NCBI GenBank assembly: GCA_051362555.1
Contig: CM120649.1
Coordinates: 16,506,567-16,570,566 of the forward strand
Length of the DNA stretch: 64,000 nt
From: Lingula anatina
Taxonomy: Eukaryota > Animalia > Brachiopoda
Reading direction: 5' to 3'
Shown in pieces: positions 37,137 through 64,000 of the stretch (positions are counted from its first letter, which is position 1; the number at the start of each line of letters is the position of its first letter). The notes under the pieces are model-generated. The model worked only from the letters and a program-made list of their open reading frames with translations. It had not been told where the DNA came from and made no database searches. A program made the position numbers and the translations under genes.

Positions 37137-39214
37137 TGTGCCTCATCTGGAAGTATAGTAGACCATTGATGTTCTGAATAATATTTTTAAAGTTTTTCTT
37201 CAAAATAGTTTGTTTAATAGTTTTATAAGTGTACAATAACAGTAACAATTACTTTCTTTCCAATCAAAGTAGTAGAAAATGAAGATGGGAACCCACCAGA
37301 TCAAAATACAATCAGTTGCCACATTCAACACAAAAGCAGGTGCTTCATTCCACAGCACATGCAATATATTTTTAACAAAGGCTAAAGAATACATACTAGA
37401 TAATGTCTCTGAGCACTTTTCTGTTGTAAACAGGAAAATGTCATTTCAGAGTGTTTATTTTAGAGAGTCGATCATTTTTTTTCCTGAATAAAGATAACTA
37501 CCATGAAGTTGATATTCTATGCTGTTTCAACAAAATATAAGGAGTGAGACATAACAAGTACAGGCAGCTCACAATGCAGGCATGTCCCATGGTAACAAGA
37601 CCCCTGGCTCTTATCTTTATTGAACACACCCCACATCCACAAAAAAAAAAGGGTGCACTCACAATGGAACTATCATACTAGGTAGGTTCAACAGACTCTG
37701 TGGGAACTTTGTTGTATACTGTAATCACCAGATTTTCTGTATTATTCTCAATGCCAGGTGGAGGCATGTTACTCTGGTGATCTGCATTCAACAAGAGTCC
37801 CCTCAGATTTAGTTCGAACTACCTAGTGTTATAGTTTTGTTGTGAACGAATCCTAAGTCTCAATTAGCCTTTGTGTAAGCACGCCCTAAAGAGGAAGAGA
37901 CGCCAGGCACAGGCCCACAATACAGGCATGTGTCACAGGGGAACATGATCCCTCAGGGTTTTATGATAACATATATATATGTACATATGTCATAGTGAAG
38001 CTCTCTCCTGGGTCAACACTTACTGTCAGATAGATAACAGAGATGAGCTGCAGCTCTACTTCAAAGAGGGATATGAATTAATCAGTCCTAATTCTCTTGT
38101 ATATATTATACTTTCATCGTTATTGTACATTAAACAAAGATAGCATGTGGAATTTAACACATACTATTACTTCAACGAGGTTTTATCTAAAATAATGCAC
38201 ATAAACTTCGTTTTGGGATGCACACATACATCTTCCACCAAAAAAAGACATTTAGATCAAACTATGATTCAGAGCGGATGATCCCTTTCCAATAATAAAG
38301 TTTTTTCTTACCCATGGCTATGATTTCATCTTGCCTACAGAAGGAACTGAGGAAACTTCCTGGTTAAGAGTTTTAGAAATCTATACAAATGCATTAAAAT
38401 ACTTCCTGTGCACATCAAGTCAGTTGAGCGCATGCATGACTATGCAATTATGCCCATAACCATATGGCAAAAAATGCACTATCCACCTCAATTTAGTCAT
38501 TTCTGACATATGCTCCTATATTGTAAAATCGTTGGATTATTCTTTAACACATGATCGCTTGGTGTCTCTCTATCATTGCTAATCATGGCTGTCAGTGTGA
38601 TCACATTCATGACCTCAGTTTATACGCTTCATACTTCACTATCTCTGCTAAAACTTCCTGGTTTCAAACACATTTACATTCAGTCATCATAGTCATGGCA
38701 AATCGAACACAGCTTCCAGGCTTGTAATTTTTTTATTCATTTGAGCATATATTCCTGCAATAATACCTCACTTATATAACCTACACATATTTATCTCCAA
38801 AATACAAGTATTTATGACATTCCTGGGTTTAATAAATCAAAAACATATCCCAGTATATATATAATTTATATGAGTTTTTTTTTATTTCTTTGAGAGACAA
38901 CTGCATGGCCTTGCAGGCTGACCTAATAAAGATAACCTAATATCTTATCAGATACTAACATTGGTATGTTACTGTATGTTGCTCATATCTAAACGCATTC
39001 TACAAAACTGAAGTTTACAGCACCTACAAGTACTTATGAAACAATTTTTATCAAGTTCTTTGATTTTAATGTTATTTCTCCTATTTTCTTCTCCACCCTG
39101 TCCATTTAGTCCCTCTGCTTCAAGGAGAGAGACGATAGGAGTATAACAGTTTTTAAAATGTAGTCACTATTAATAATTATCATGCTACAGCAGTTATATG
39201 CGCTGAATACCCTT

Positions 39215-39389
39215 GCTGGGGTAGCGTTAGCAATTTTTTTGGCTTAGCCAAATCACCACTTTTTTGTCAATCTGTTATCAAAATGGTTATAATTTGACTA
39301 AAACAAGGCAAATCAGGCTCATTTTCTTTAGCCAATTTAAGTCAGTTTTAGCATTTGGCTAAATTGGCGAGTGTTAGCGCTACACCAGC
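39215..39389. mobile_element. Small MITE-like inverted-repeat element between the SHIP and ATG16 coding starts
   Basis: GCTGGGGTAGCGTTAGCA / TGTTAGCGCTACACCAGC imperfect TIRs; internal TTAGCCAAAT/ATTTGGCTAA pair. Confidence 0.6.
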
Positions 39390-40051
39390 CTTGAATCTCT
39401 ATGTTGCTGTAATACCCTGTGCATATCCCAGTATATCAATATTAATAAACTTATATAAATAGATAACTAATCCGTGAAGATAATTATTCTCAGCACAGGT
39501 GAATCTACAATGTAATGCCGGCGACTTATGTTTTACATCCATTGCCAGGTTTTGACTCGGCACGGTTGTAAAAGAGGATGTTCACTGCGCTGCTACTGCC
39601 TACCAGAGCGCGACTGACAGCTCTGAGCAACGCGGAAGTACTCAAGTTAATTAACTTACCAATGAACGTGCGATGATCCTAAATGAAACCAAAACTAGAC
39701 TTGGATTTAACATTCAAATTACTTGCGTTTTTGACTATTGTTATATCTTCAAAAGGTTCCAAATTACTCAAAAGTCGAGACGTTTACCTGAGACAGTGTT
39801 TGTAGAAGCCGCCAGGGATCTGTAGTTACTAGTCAGAGTTGCTGTAAAATTATACAAAAAGTTTCGCAAATGCAAAAAATGTTTTATGTCAAAAATAACT
39901 AACTTTTAACCATTTTTTGGCTTTAACTTTTATAAATTATAAATTTTACTATTGTTTTTGAAAGGAAAGTCAAAATTATATTAATAAATTACATATTACA
40001 AAATTCGAAAGCAAATACAATCTCATAATTGACTCTGCTGCTCAGGAAAAC

Positions 40052-55365
<15,314 letters not shown>

Positions 55366-56712
55366 GTACTGCCAGAAAGCAATGAAGCAGGAGGAGAAGC
55401 ACACCCAGATTGTGTCCCAGAAGTGGTAGTAAGCACAACTAACACAATGAGATATGCTGGGTCGTCAGTAAAATGGGAAGTGATTGTGCAGCTAGCTCAA
55501 CAACCACAATCAAATTGGATTGAAAATGATAAAATCTGCAAATAAGAGATAATTGACGATCATATCAAGAATTGCTTGGTACACTATGTGGACAGGGTTG
55601 TGCTATTTTTGATTGTGGTCATGATATGTTAAATGTGAATTGTTAAGATTTTTGCCTCATAAACCTAAATTGCCGAGAAGAATTTTTATTGGGTTGTGGT
55701 AAAGTTAAAAGTGTGACATATATGTCATGAGTGAAAACAAAGTGAAAAAAACGTGAAGAAAACATATCTCAACTTCAGATCCAAAATGGCAATTCCTGTT
55801 CAGTACCTAATTTCTGTCATATATTAACCTGTATATCTATATTTAGTAAACCTGTTAAATATGGTGATAAAATCATGACATACTTGTTGAAGCTTATAAG
55901 AGCCAGTAAGTAAGCCAAGATGTCTATTGTAAGAGCTTATTTTCATAAAAGTAAAAATGAATGTGCAGAAATTGATTTTCTATTGAACTTGTTGTAAAGG
56001 ATGCTAATATATTGCTTTTTTTAATCCCAAAGATAAATCCACAAATATCTAAAAAAAGATCTTACCTACAATCTAGAAGCCTGCATTAAGCCCATTCTCG
56101 TCATTGTTTGTTTTGTACTAAATGTGTTGCCTATAGGTAATGTAATCTGTTACATTATTTGTGTACCCCAAAAGATGCTTTTGCCTATTGCATATTTATT
56201 AAAGGAAGCACTTTTCCCAGCTTTATGTTGTGTTGTTGTATTGTGTTAGTGAGGTGCAATTGTTTTTCCCATGTATGAGCACTTGCATGAAATGTAACAC
56301 GAAAAAATGAATGATTTTATGGTGGACTTCTTTAGAAACTTGGTATTGTTTTCCAGAATTTGCTTTTAATTGTTGCCTTTTCTGTGTGCAATTATTCAGT
56401 ATTGCATAGTGGTTTCATCATGCAGTTGCAAAGAACTAAAGTCAAAGAAGCACCGATGTGGTGTCCCAGTGTCAGATATAAAGGAGATATTGTACATTTT
56501 GTAAATTTTTATGTAAATTTTGATGTGAAAATGAGAATAAAGAAAAAATTAACCTAATGACTTGTGTTCAAGTGATCTGGTGTACAAGTTTGTTGTATTA
56601 TTTATTATGTGCAGACACTGCATGTCTCTTTATTTATTTTATTGTGATAAACATTATTATGCTATAAATTGTTGTACCATACCTATGAGGAGAATGTCAC
56701 AGTAAATAAACT

Positions 56713-56872
56713 CAGGCCCATAGCCAGGGGGGGGTTCGAAAGAACCCCCCTTTTTGCTGGAAAAAGGTCCACTCTGGGTAAAATTTGACCAAGGTACATG
56801 GGGATTATATGGTAAAAGGTCCACTTTTTCAGAAAAAGAACCCCCCCTTTGAAATTGCTGGCTAAGGACCTG
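56713..56872. mobile_element. 160-bp MITE between ATG16 and the oxidase gene
   Basis: TIR CAGGCCCATAGCCAG / CTGGCTAAGGACCTG; internal GGGGGGTTC/GAACCCCCC; AAAAGGTCCACT twice; flanking direct repeat AAACT. Confidence 0.7.
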
Positions 56873-58030
56873 AAACTACTACTACTACTCTGTATGTTTG
56901 CTGAGCACTTCAACTCCCTGCCTTCACTGCCTGACACATCACTCCCTGTAACTGCCAAACCATATTTTTGTTTCACTTAAGGGTGTCTTTGTGGTAGTTC
57001 AAGGCCTTTTCAAATATCCAGGAATGGTCAAAGTAACATATATATTTCAGAGGTGGTCAGTCATCAGAAATTATAATAAGTATGTTAAATATCAAAAATC
57101 CAGAAAAGTCCTATAGAACAAAATTTAGAATGTACTATCAAAAAGCGAGAATGCAAATTGATACGGATTAAATTTATAACTCTTGATTGTTAGAAAATAT
57201 TAAAGATATATTCTGTCAGCAGGTTAAACATTTTATATGCCCAAATTTCAAAGTACTAAAATTGTGACTTCTGTACATATTTGAAAAGCTTTGAAACCAT
57301 TTCAATTTTAAATATCTGCATAGAAAGTTGTCATAGAAAACTGTCAATCCCAAAGACGAGGAGACGTATTACATTTCAGTATTAGAAGATTGAATTTGAA
57401 TGAGATATAGACATTTTTAAAAACGCGTTTTGGGATTTTTACAAAAAATAGCATTTTAAAAGAGAATTGCGCTGTAGTTTTACTTTCCCATGCATATCCC
57501 CGAAGAGACATATCTTTTGGTCTTATCAAACCCGAAACTGAAATTATTGTCGATTTGATGTTATTTCATTGGTAGCTCTTATATATGTATAAAAAATATT
57601 GAATGACATCTTGGCATTACAATTTAAATAAAAATTTAATTTCATTTTTGTGCTCGTTAATAGTAATATAAAAAGTTATAAAACAATGAAGACACGATGG
57701 AAAAATATCAGACACAAAACTGTTGTGTGAGTAAGAGAAGCAAAAAAAAAAAAAAAAAAAAAAAACCTCAACAAAATCATTTTGATGTAAGCCAATAACA
57801 TTCCTTTCTCTATAACAAGACCTGCTCGGTTAAAATGCAAATGATAGCTTGAAAGTCTTGTATGACCTATAAAATATAAAATTTTCGGGAATATACCTCT
57901 AAAGTTGAAAAGGTATTCTTTAAAAATAAAGCACAGACGATCTTTTATATTTCATCTTGCGTCCTTGTGCTCAATAGTTAATATATTAATAATTCTGTTA
58001 CAAAAATAAGAGACATTTTAAATTTTACCT

Positions 58031-61000
58031 CTAAAAATATAAAGGTAATAGGGGCAGTACCATGAAAAGGAGTGACAAACACGTGGCCCTTAAACCGTTT
58101 ACACTGTTCACACTGTTTTGTGTTTTGAGTGTAGGACATGGAGCTGATGACGTCTGTGTTACGTCATCCTCGTACTGCCACGTGCCGCAGCGCGGGAAGT
58201 TCCGTGGCGGCTTGGGAAGATCTTCTGGTTCGCCAACCTTAACTATAAGTCCCATTCCAATTTCAACGTGATATTCGATGTGACAGTGCAAAAGCCAGGC
58301 ACCTGCAAAAGTAAATACAGCATACTAATACCTGTGTCTATTTAAATGTCAACATTACAATTCATTCACTACTGGCACAGTTTGACATATCATTATACGT
58401 CGTGATTTCCGTTAGCTAAACGTGACTCTCTTTTTTAAAATTGATTGCCATGACAAACATCAGCGCTGTATTGTAATATTTGTTGGGGAAAAAATTGAAC
58501 ACGTTTTAAAATGATCGCTTTTGTAGCCACTTGATTTCTGAAGATGACATTTACGTTTTTAAGAGTGTCCACATTGTAGACGACACAGCTAAAACGGACA
58601 AAAAGGACCGAACAAACAGAAAAGGATGCAACACTCGGCTGACAGTGTAATAGCACATAAGAATGGAAGATATAGGCCTATATAGAACAAGACCGGGAAA
58701 TAATTTAAAACCAAATCGGCCGTAGGGTTTAATGAGAATAGAACAGTATTCAACGGGCTTTACCTGGATTTGTCGCGTGGAACCGTATGATGGTAAAACC
58801 TCCATCTGGCACCGTGACAGAGTCCTTCTTCACGGCACCTTTGAGCTTACGTGGAATCTCTCCATTTCGATCCATCTGCTTTATCTGTTCCACTGTGACA
58901 GACTGATTAATCTGGAGAAGAAGCAACTTCCATCTGATATATATATACAGAGGTAAAACACATCAGACGAAAACGGCATTTACTAATAAATAATCATATC
59001 TATACGATTATAAATTTTGTGTATTTTTTATAAATAAATATATTTATATCAAGCTTTTTTTAGGGATATGAATATACATTACAACCATCAGACCAATGAG
59101 TTCTTATTGAATAGAATTCTTCTAATTTATCTTGGACTCTAAGTCACGATCAACTTACATGGGTCTGTTACGAATTTTTTAGGCAAAATGACTGCCGTTA
59201 AGCATTTTGCGAATGTTAATTGCATATGTGAATGAACAAATTTGATCTGGCCTCAAAATGAGCTTTAAACTGGCAGCAAGTTTCTAGTTTGGTTTCGTAC
59301 CTTCCGCAGCGCCACCACGCGGAAAGCAAAGCCGTGAAGATGCATGGGGTGATTGGCGTTAAAGGCGAACCCTTCGTCCACCATGACGATCTCGACTACC
59401 TGTCCTAGCTTCACCTCTAACATGTGAACGCACTCGCAGTAGGTTTCTGTGCAGTTGGAGCGAGTTTCTTCGTTGCAGAACAAATCCTGAAATACCATAT
59501 ACAAAAAAATAAATTCTGGGCCGTCGCGTTTCTTCAGAAACAAAACTTCTGAAACATTGAAACAATCAAGTGTTGGGAAGTTATACTTTGCATATTTTAT
59601 GCAGAACAAGACGAAGCTTTCTATACATGTTGCTGAAGAATAAGATTAAAAATGGGTCTGGGAGACAATATCATTATATAAAATCAAGTGCGACATTATG
59701 TCCAAGAAGACTACATGACTATTATGTTATTTCCTAGTTGAAAAAAAAATGCGTACTGTCTGCATCGTAAGTCAAAAGCGTAACTGATACAAATTGCTGG
59801 AAATGGTGTCATGCGTTTGCCTGTAAATAAGGTGCCATTAATAAATATTATATACATCGGACAGGGATAGAAATAAAGTGTACCTTTGGAATGTCCCCAT
59901 ATTGTGTCATAGGCGGGGAAGGAGGGAAAATGTTAGAGATATGGTTGATCTGCGGCGAGTACAAATGACGTCCCTTGTCTATGGCACTGACTGGGTAATA
60001 CATGGGGTTATGGAAGAGTTCGTTGTCTATTTTATTAAAATCCATAGCCAAGTAGAACTTGACGTCAGGCTCCTCTTGCGACGTGGCGTCATCTGGATCC
60101 GTGTTGTTTAGTTGCACCACGGGAATGTAGTTGTCGTCTGCTTTGGTGTTCCACGGGTTCAGTTGCTTAAAATGCATGAAATGGTATAACATACAGTAGT
60201 TAACGGACGCAAAAGCATGTTACATTTTCAAACGGAAAAATGGAATAAAAACGAAAAAATGAAATCCAACCACGTTTTAAGGTATATATTTAGCCATTCG
60301 AGGCCAAAAAATGTCACTTTTTGTTTCGATCGTTGTAACTATTCCTTACCTTTCCACTGCGCATCATGTTTTCGTAATCAGTTGGGGCTTTAGGTTCCTC
60401 AATCGGTGCCCCATTATAACGTAATATTGCCACCTGTTTCGCTTTTTTATTGGCACAGTCGGCAAGACCAACCACGCGGATCCAGTAGTTGTCGACGCTG
60501 GCGTTCGCGTTGAGTACAAAGTCGTACCGTTCCCCGGCAAATATATTGAACGATTCGATCTCAATTGGATCGAAAGGTTTTCCGTCAGACGTGATTGCTG
60601 TCATGTTGTGGCCGTCGACTGATATCTGTGGAAGAAAAGAGTTTGACATTTGTGGGCATTTCGCTACACAGGTACGAGGAAAGAGGGGATATCAAGACTG
60701 ACATACATGAAGCTTTTAAATGTTTAGACTTATTAAAGGTGCTATAAACCCTACTGGGATCTAGCATAATCTATAGGCCCTATAGACATTATCTGACAAA
60801 TTAATTTGAGACTCAAATGAGATAACCATTAAATGCAGCGGATATGCCTTAAAATTCAAACAAGCGCAATTCAAATGAGATACTATTACAATTTCCTGTT
60901 GCTGGTCTCCCTACCTGTATGGGGCAGTTCAGGATGCCATTGCTCGCCACGCGGAACCTATATCTCTTGCCTTGGGTGACATTAAAAACCGCATATGGCG

Positions 61001-63262
61001 TGTAAATGGTTTGGTTGGATTTGTCGTCGGTGTAGGGTTCAAATGCCCCCTTTCCTAAAAGAAATAAAACTCTTTTAATACTGATAGAAAATGGTTGATC
61101 GAGTTAATAAGCAACACGTTCTCTCTCAGCAAACAGCCTGCACACGCGTTCTGAAATGCACATCATACAAGTATTTCATTTTCAAAATTACACAGTGGGA
61201 TAGAATCGCCACTTTCACATTCATTCTCAGTCTTTAAGATGCATGTGTTGTTTCCAAAAATGTGATGGCCATTTTTAACAAACATTTTAAAAAGAAACTT
61301 TTCTCACAGAAACGTTTTTTAAACAATGGTTTATGATGTTTGTTGTTGTTGTTTTTTTTTTTTTTTTTCACAGAAACGTGTTACATTGGTTAATGATGAT
61401 TTTCTCCGGTAAAAAACAGGTTCAGTTTTTCATCTTCTAAAAAAATCTACTCGCATACCGTTAATCAACATGGACTGTGGTTTATTGTCTCCGTCTCTAT
61501 GGTGATGCGCTACGAAACGGTTCACTGTGACGTCACCCAGCCAATCCGTGACGATGATATAGTGTTCTGCGAGATCATAATCGTAAAGGTCATGGTGGGG
61601 GTCAGCTCCCGGCGGAAGTCGGACAACCAGTGGGCCGAAGACGCCGTCGGCACGCTGCATGCCGGAGTGGGCGTGCCAGAAATGTGTCCCCTTTGTAGTG
61701 GCTTTGAATCTGAAAAGGAGTCGCGTGCTTCATTATAAGGGCATTGAATGGCAATTTTGTTCACTGAGAGCTGTAATTTTACTGGTCCACCTACTTTTTT
61801 ATTTCCCTTGAAAACCTCATTTAGAACTTGGGTGAATAAAACGATTTACTCGCATTGCCAGTCCTTTTTTTTTTCGTCAAAGTTTAAAACAACGGTATCT
61901 AATTCAGATGGAAACTACATCTTTTGAAAAATCGCTGATCAAAATGGTCAAAAGTTATTTATCGAAAATTTATCAAAAATGAGATTTTATTTCGTGTTTC
62001 ATCTTAACTTAAAAAAAAGAAGAGATACGTACGCGTTGCCCCCATAGTAAGTTAATTAATTATCACATTTTCGGCAACTTATAAACATAACAATTAATCT
62101 AACTCTATATTTGGAGATGGCACACCAAATCAACACTCACTCGTATCGGAATGTGCTATGTGAGGGTATGGGACACTGTGTAATCATGGCGACACCATCC
62201 ATGTGCGGTGAGTCTTCCTGCAGTATGCCGTGCCAGTGTATGGTGACTCCATCAGACGTGGACATTTTGTTCTTCACGTTGACGATGATAGTGTCGTTCT
62301 GGCAGACCTGGGAATTGACGGTGCCGGCTGTTAGTGTTTCAGCTTTAGTAGAAAACATATCCAGAATATCACTTACCCAGCAAACACGTAACGTTCGGAT
62401 CACGTGGCTAGCACGTTGCTATGACGTTACAATATATGTGGTAGCAACGAGCTAGCCACGTGATCCAAACGTGACGTGTTTGCTGTGTAGCTTTAGATTT
62501 CCCTCCTATTTGAATGTGATGTCGTGTTGTTTTACTGAATTATCAATTCTCTGCCGTGCATCTTGGAAATATTGGTAATTTCCAGTTACACGTGCAATGA
62601 ACATTAACTAATTTCTTCTTGCAGCGCCACTAAAATGCAGCACATTGAGCCATTTTCATTGCATAAGTATCATCTAAATTATTTTTATAGATACAAATGT
62701 ATAATAAGTAGAGTTATATATATAACTGTGCTTATTAACTTACATGGGGACACAGACATCTTTTGAAAAATAGGTACAATGAAAAAATGTCCCTTATTCA
62801 AGGTACCCAATTGTAGGTTACAATTATAGGCCCTATATAGGGCCTATTGATTTATTTAATATAGGCCTATACAAAATAAAGAAAATATATTTTATCCTAA
62901 TAATTGACTTATAAATTTAACCGAAAACTTCAAAAAGCACTCCTGATTTCTGGATATTTTAAAAATTTTCCAACAGCCAGTATTCTAGTAAAAAAAAAAA
63001 AAATAATCACTTACAAATATCCCTGGTCCTGGAAGGCGCCTGTTGACCACAGTGATTGCCTTTCTGACGCCATCTGCCGCCACGCAGTGCGGCCTGTCGC
63101 AATCCGTGCCGTTAAACGGGCAGTCGTAACAGGCCTTGCTCAGCACGTAGTACCACTCCACGGCAAAGTCGTACTCGCAGGTCCTCGGGGTCTCGCCGTC
63201 CACGCAGTCTCTAAGGCAGGGGTGGCTTAGGTCGTCTGCGTCGTAGGTGCTCGTTTTGCCTT
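58031..63262 (-). CDS. Laccase-like multicopper oxidase with N-terminal Cys-rich region and hydrophobic C-terminal tail (possible GPI signal); first coding exon not resolved
   Basis: Exons 63262-63015, 62307-62141, 61709-61459, 61054-60915, 60625-60350, 60165-59884, 59486-59301, 58911-58764, 58302-58031. All four Cu motifs: [32 protein letters not shown] (Met axial ligand). Cys-rich [19 protein letters not shown]. Tail [20 protein letters not shown]. Confidence 0.93.
62374..62489. mobile_element. Near-perfect ~115-bp foldback MITE in an oxidase intron
   Basis: CCCAGCAAACACGTAACGTTCGGATCACGTGGCTAGCACGTTGCTA pairs with TAGCAACGAGCTAGCCACGTGATCCAAACGTGACGTGTTTGCTGTG; TA on both flanks. Confidence 0.82.
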
Positions 63263-64000
63263 CTGCGGAATAAAAACCAACTTCTTGTTATTTAACTGAG
63301 GAGGTTTACCAGCTTGGTAAATTTGTTATACCCAGTAAGAGCTAATTCCCAATAAAACTTTCTACGTAGACCGGGAACTTTTGCAATCAAATTAAAAGAT
63401 TTACACGCCTCATTTGGTTTCAAAGTTCTTGTATAATCTCCAGCTTTTCTGTATTCTACTCAACCCCAAGAGGGCTCTTGTTAATCTGATTGCATTCAGC
63501 AAGATGTAGTGTTCACAAATATAATTCCCAGACATGTAAATTAATTTGATTAGAGTCGATTGCTTGTGCACTCGACTCGTTTTATGGCCTTACCTGTAGT
63601 TATGTAACTTCAGTGGACGTGTGCAATTTGAATAATTAAAATTAGTATGTACCGCCAAATAATGCAGCACAGAATCCACCTTGTGATAAGAAATATGTAT
63701 AAAAGATGTGTAGAATTAAGATCGGGAGTTCAGAAGGAAGAAGACTCGAAGGAGACCGCTCGACGGAGCCATGGGAGACGGCCTAGAGCTTGGAGATTTC
63801 ATGTAGATGATGTAGTTAGACAGAGTCAACCAATAAACCATTAAACTGGTCATAATGTGGACTTGGGTTTTCTTTGCGCGACCTTACGTAAATCTGACAC
63901 GAACTGTGGAATCTTTGGATCGCGTTATCCACTAAGTTAGACGAAAACGTAATGTCCTATTTCGAGCCCACGCTTGAATTAAGCGTTCAAAATTATATAA

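Overview
AT-rich, intron-rich animal genomic DNA, most likely an invertebrate (lophotrochozoan/mollusc-like; inferred from gene structure and Helentron-type repeats). Five protein-coding genes were assembled exon by exon, with GT-AG boundaries and reading phases checked by hand: (1) a USP-family deubiquitinase on the minus strand (1903-11487, ~1483 aa) with large insertions in its catalytic domain, including an atypical RING-like zinc finger; (2) RFC4 on the plus strand (13254-17877), divergent from the USP across a short E2F-site promoter; (3) a SHIP-type inositol 5-phosphatase on the minus strand (20505-37136; SH2, PH-like, 5-phosphatase, C2, Pro-rich, SAM) with a tandem pair of apparently mutually exclusive exons; (4) ATG16L1-like on the plus strand (40052-55365), head-to-head with SHIP; (5) a laccase/multicopper oxidase on the minus strand (58031 to >63262, 5' end unresolved). 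Introns contain MITEs, a Mutator-like element with a 9-bp TSD, a ~6.3-kb stack of HINE-like elements carrying ~160-bp satellite units, and mini/microsatellites. Most notable: an apparently highly structured, pseudoknotted ~370-nt RNA element in the last RFC4 intron that I cannot assign to a known family; the RING-in-USP architecture; the SHIP mutually exclusive exons; and SHIP-ATG16 linkage as in vertebrates. All calls come from manual reading; no database searches or folding computations were run.
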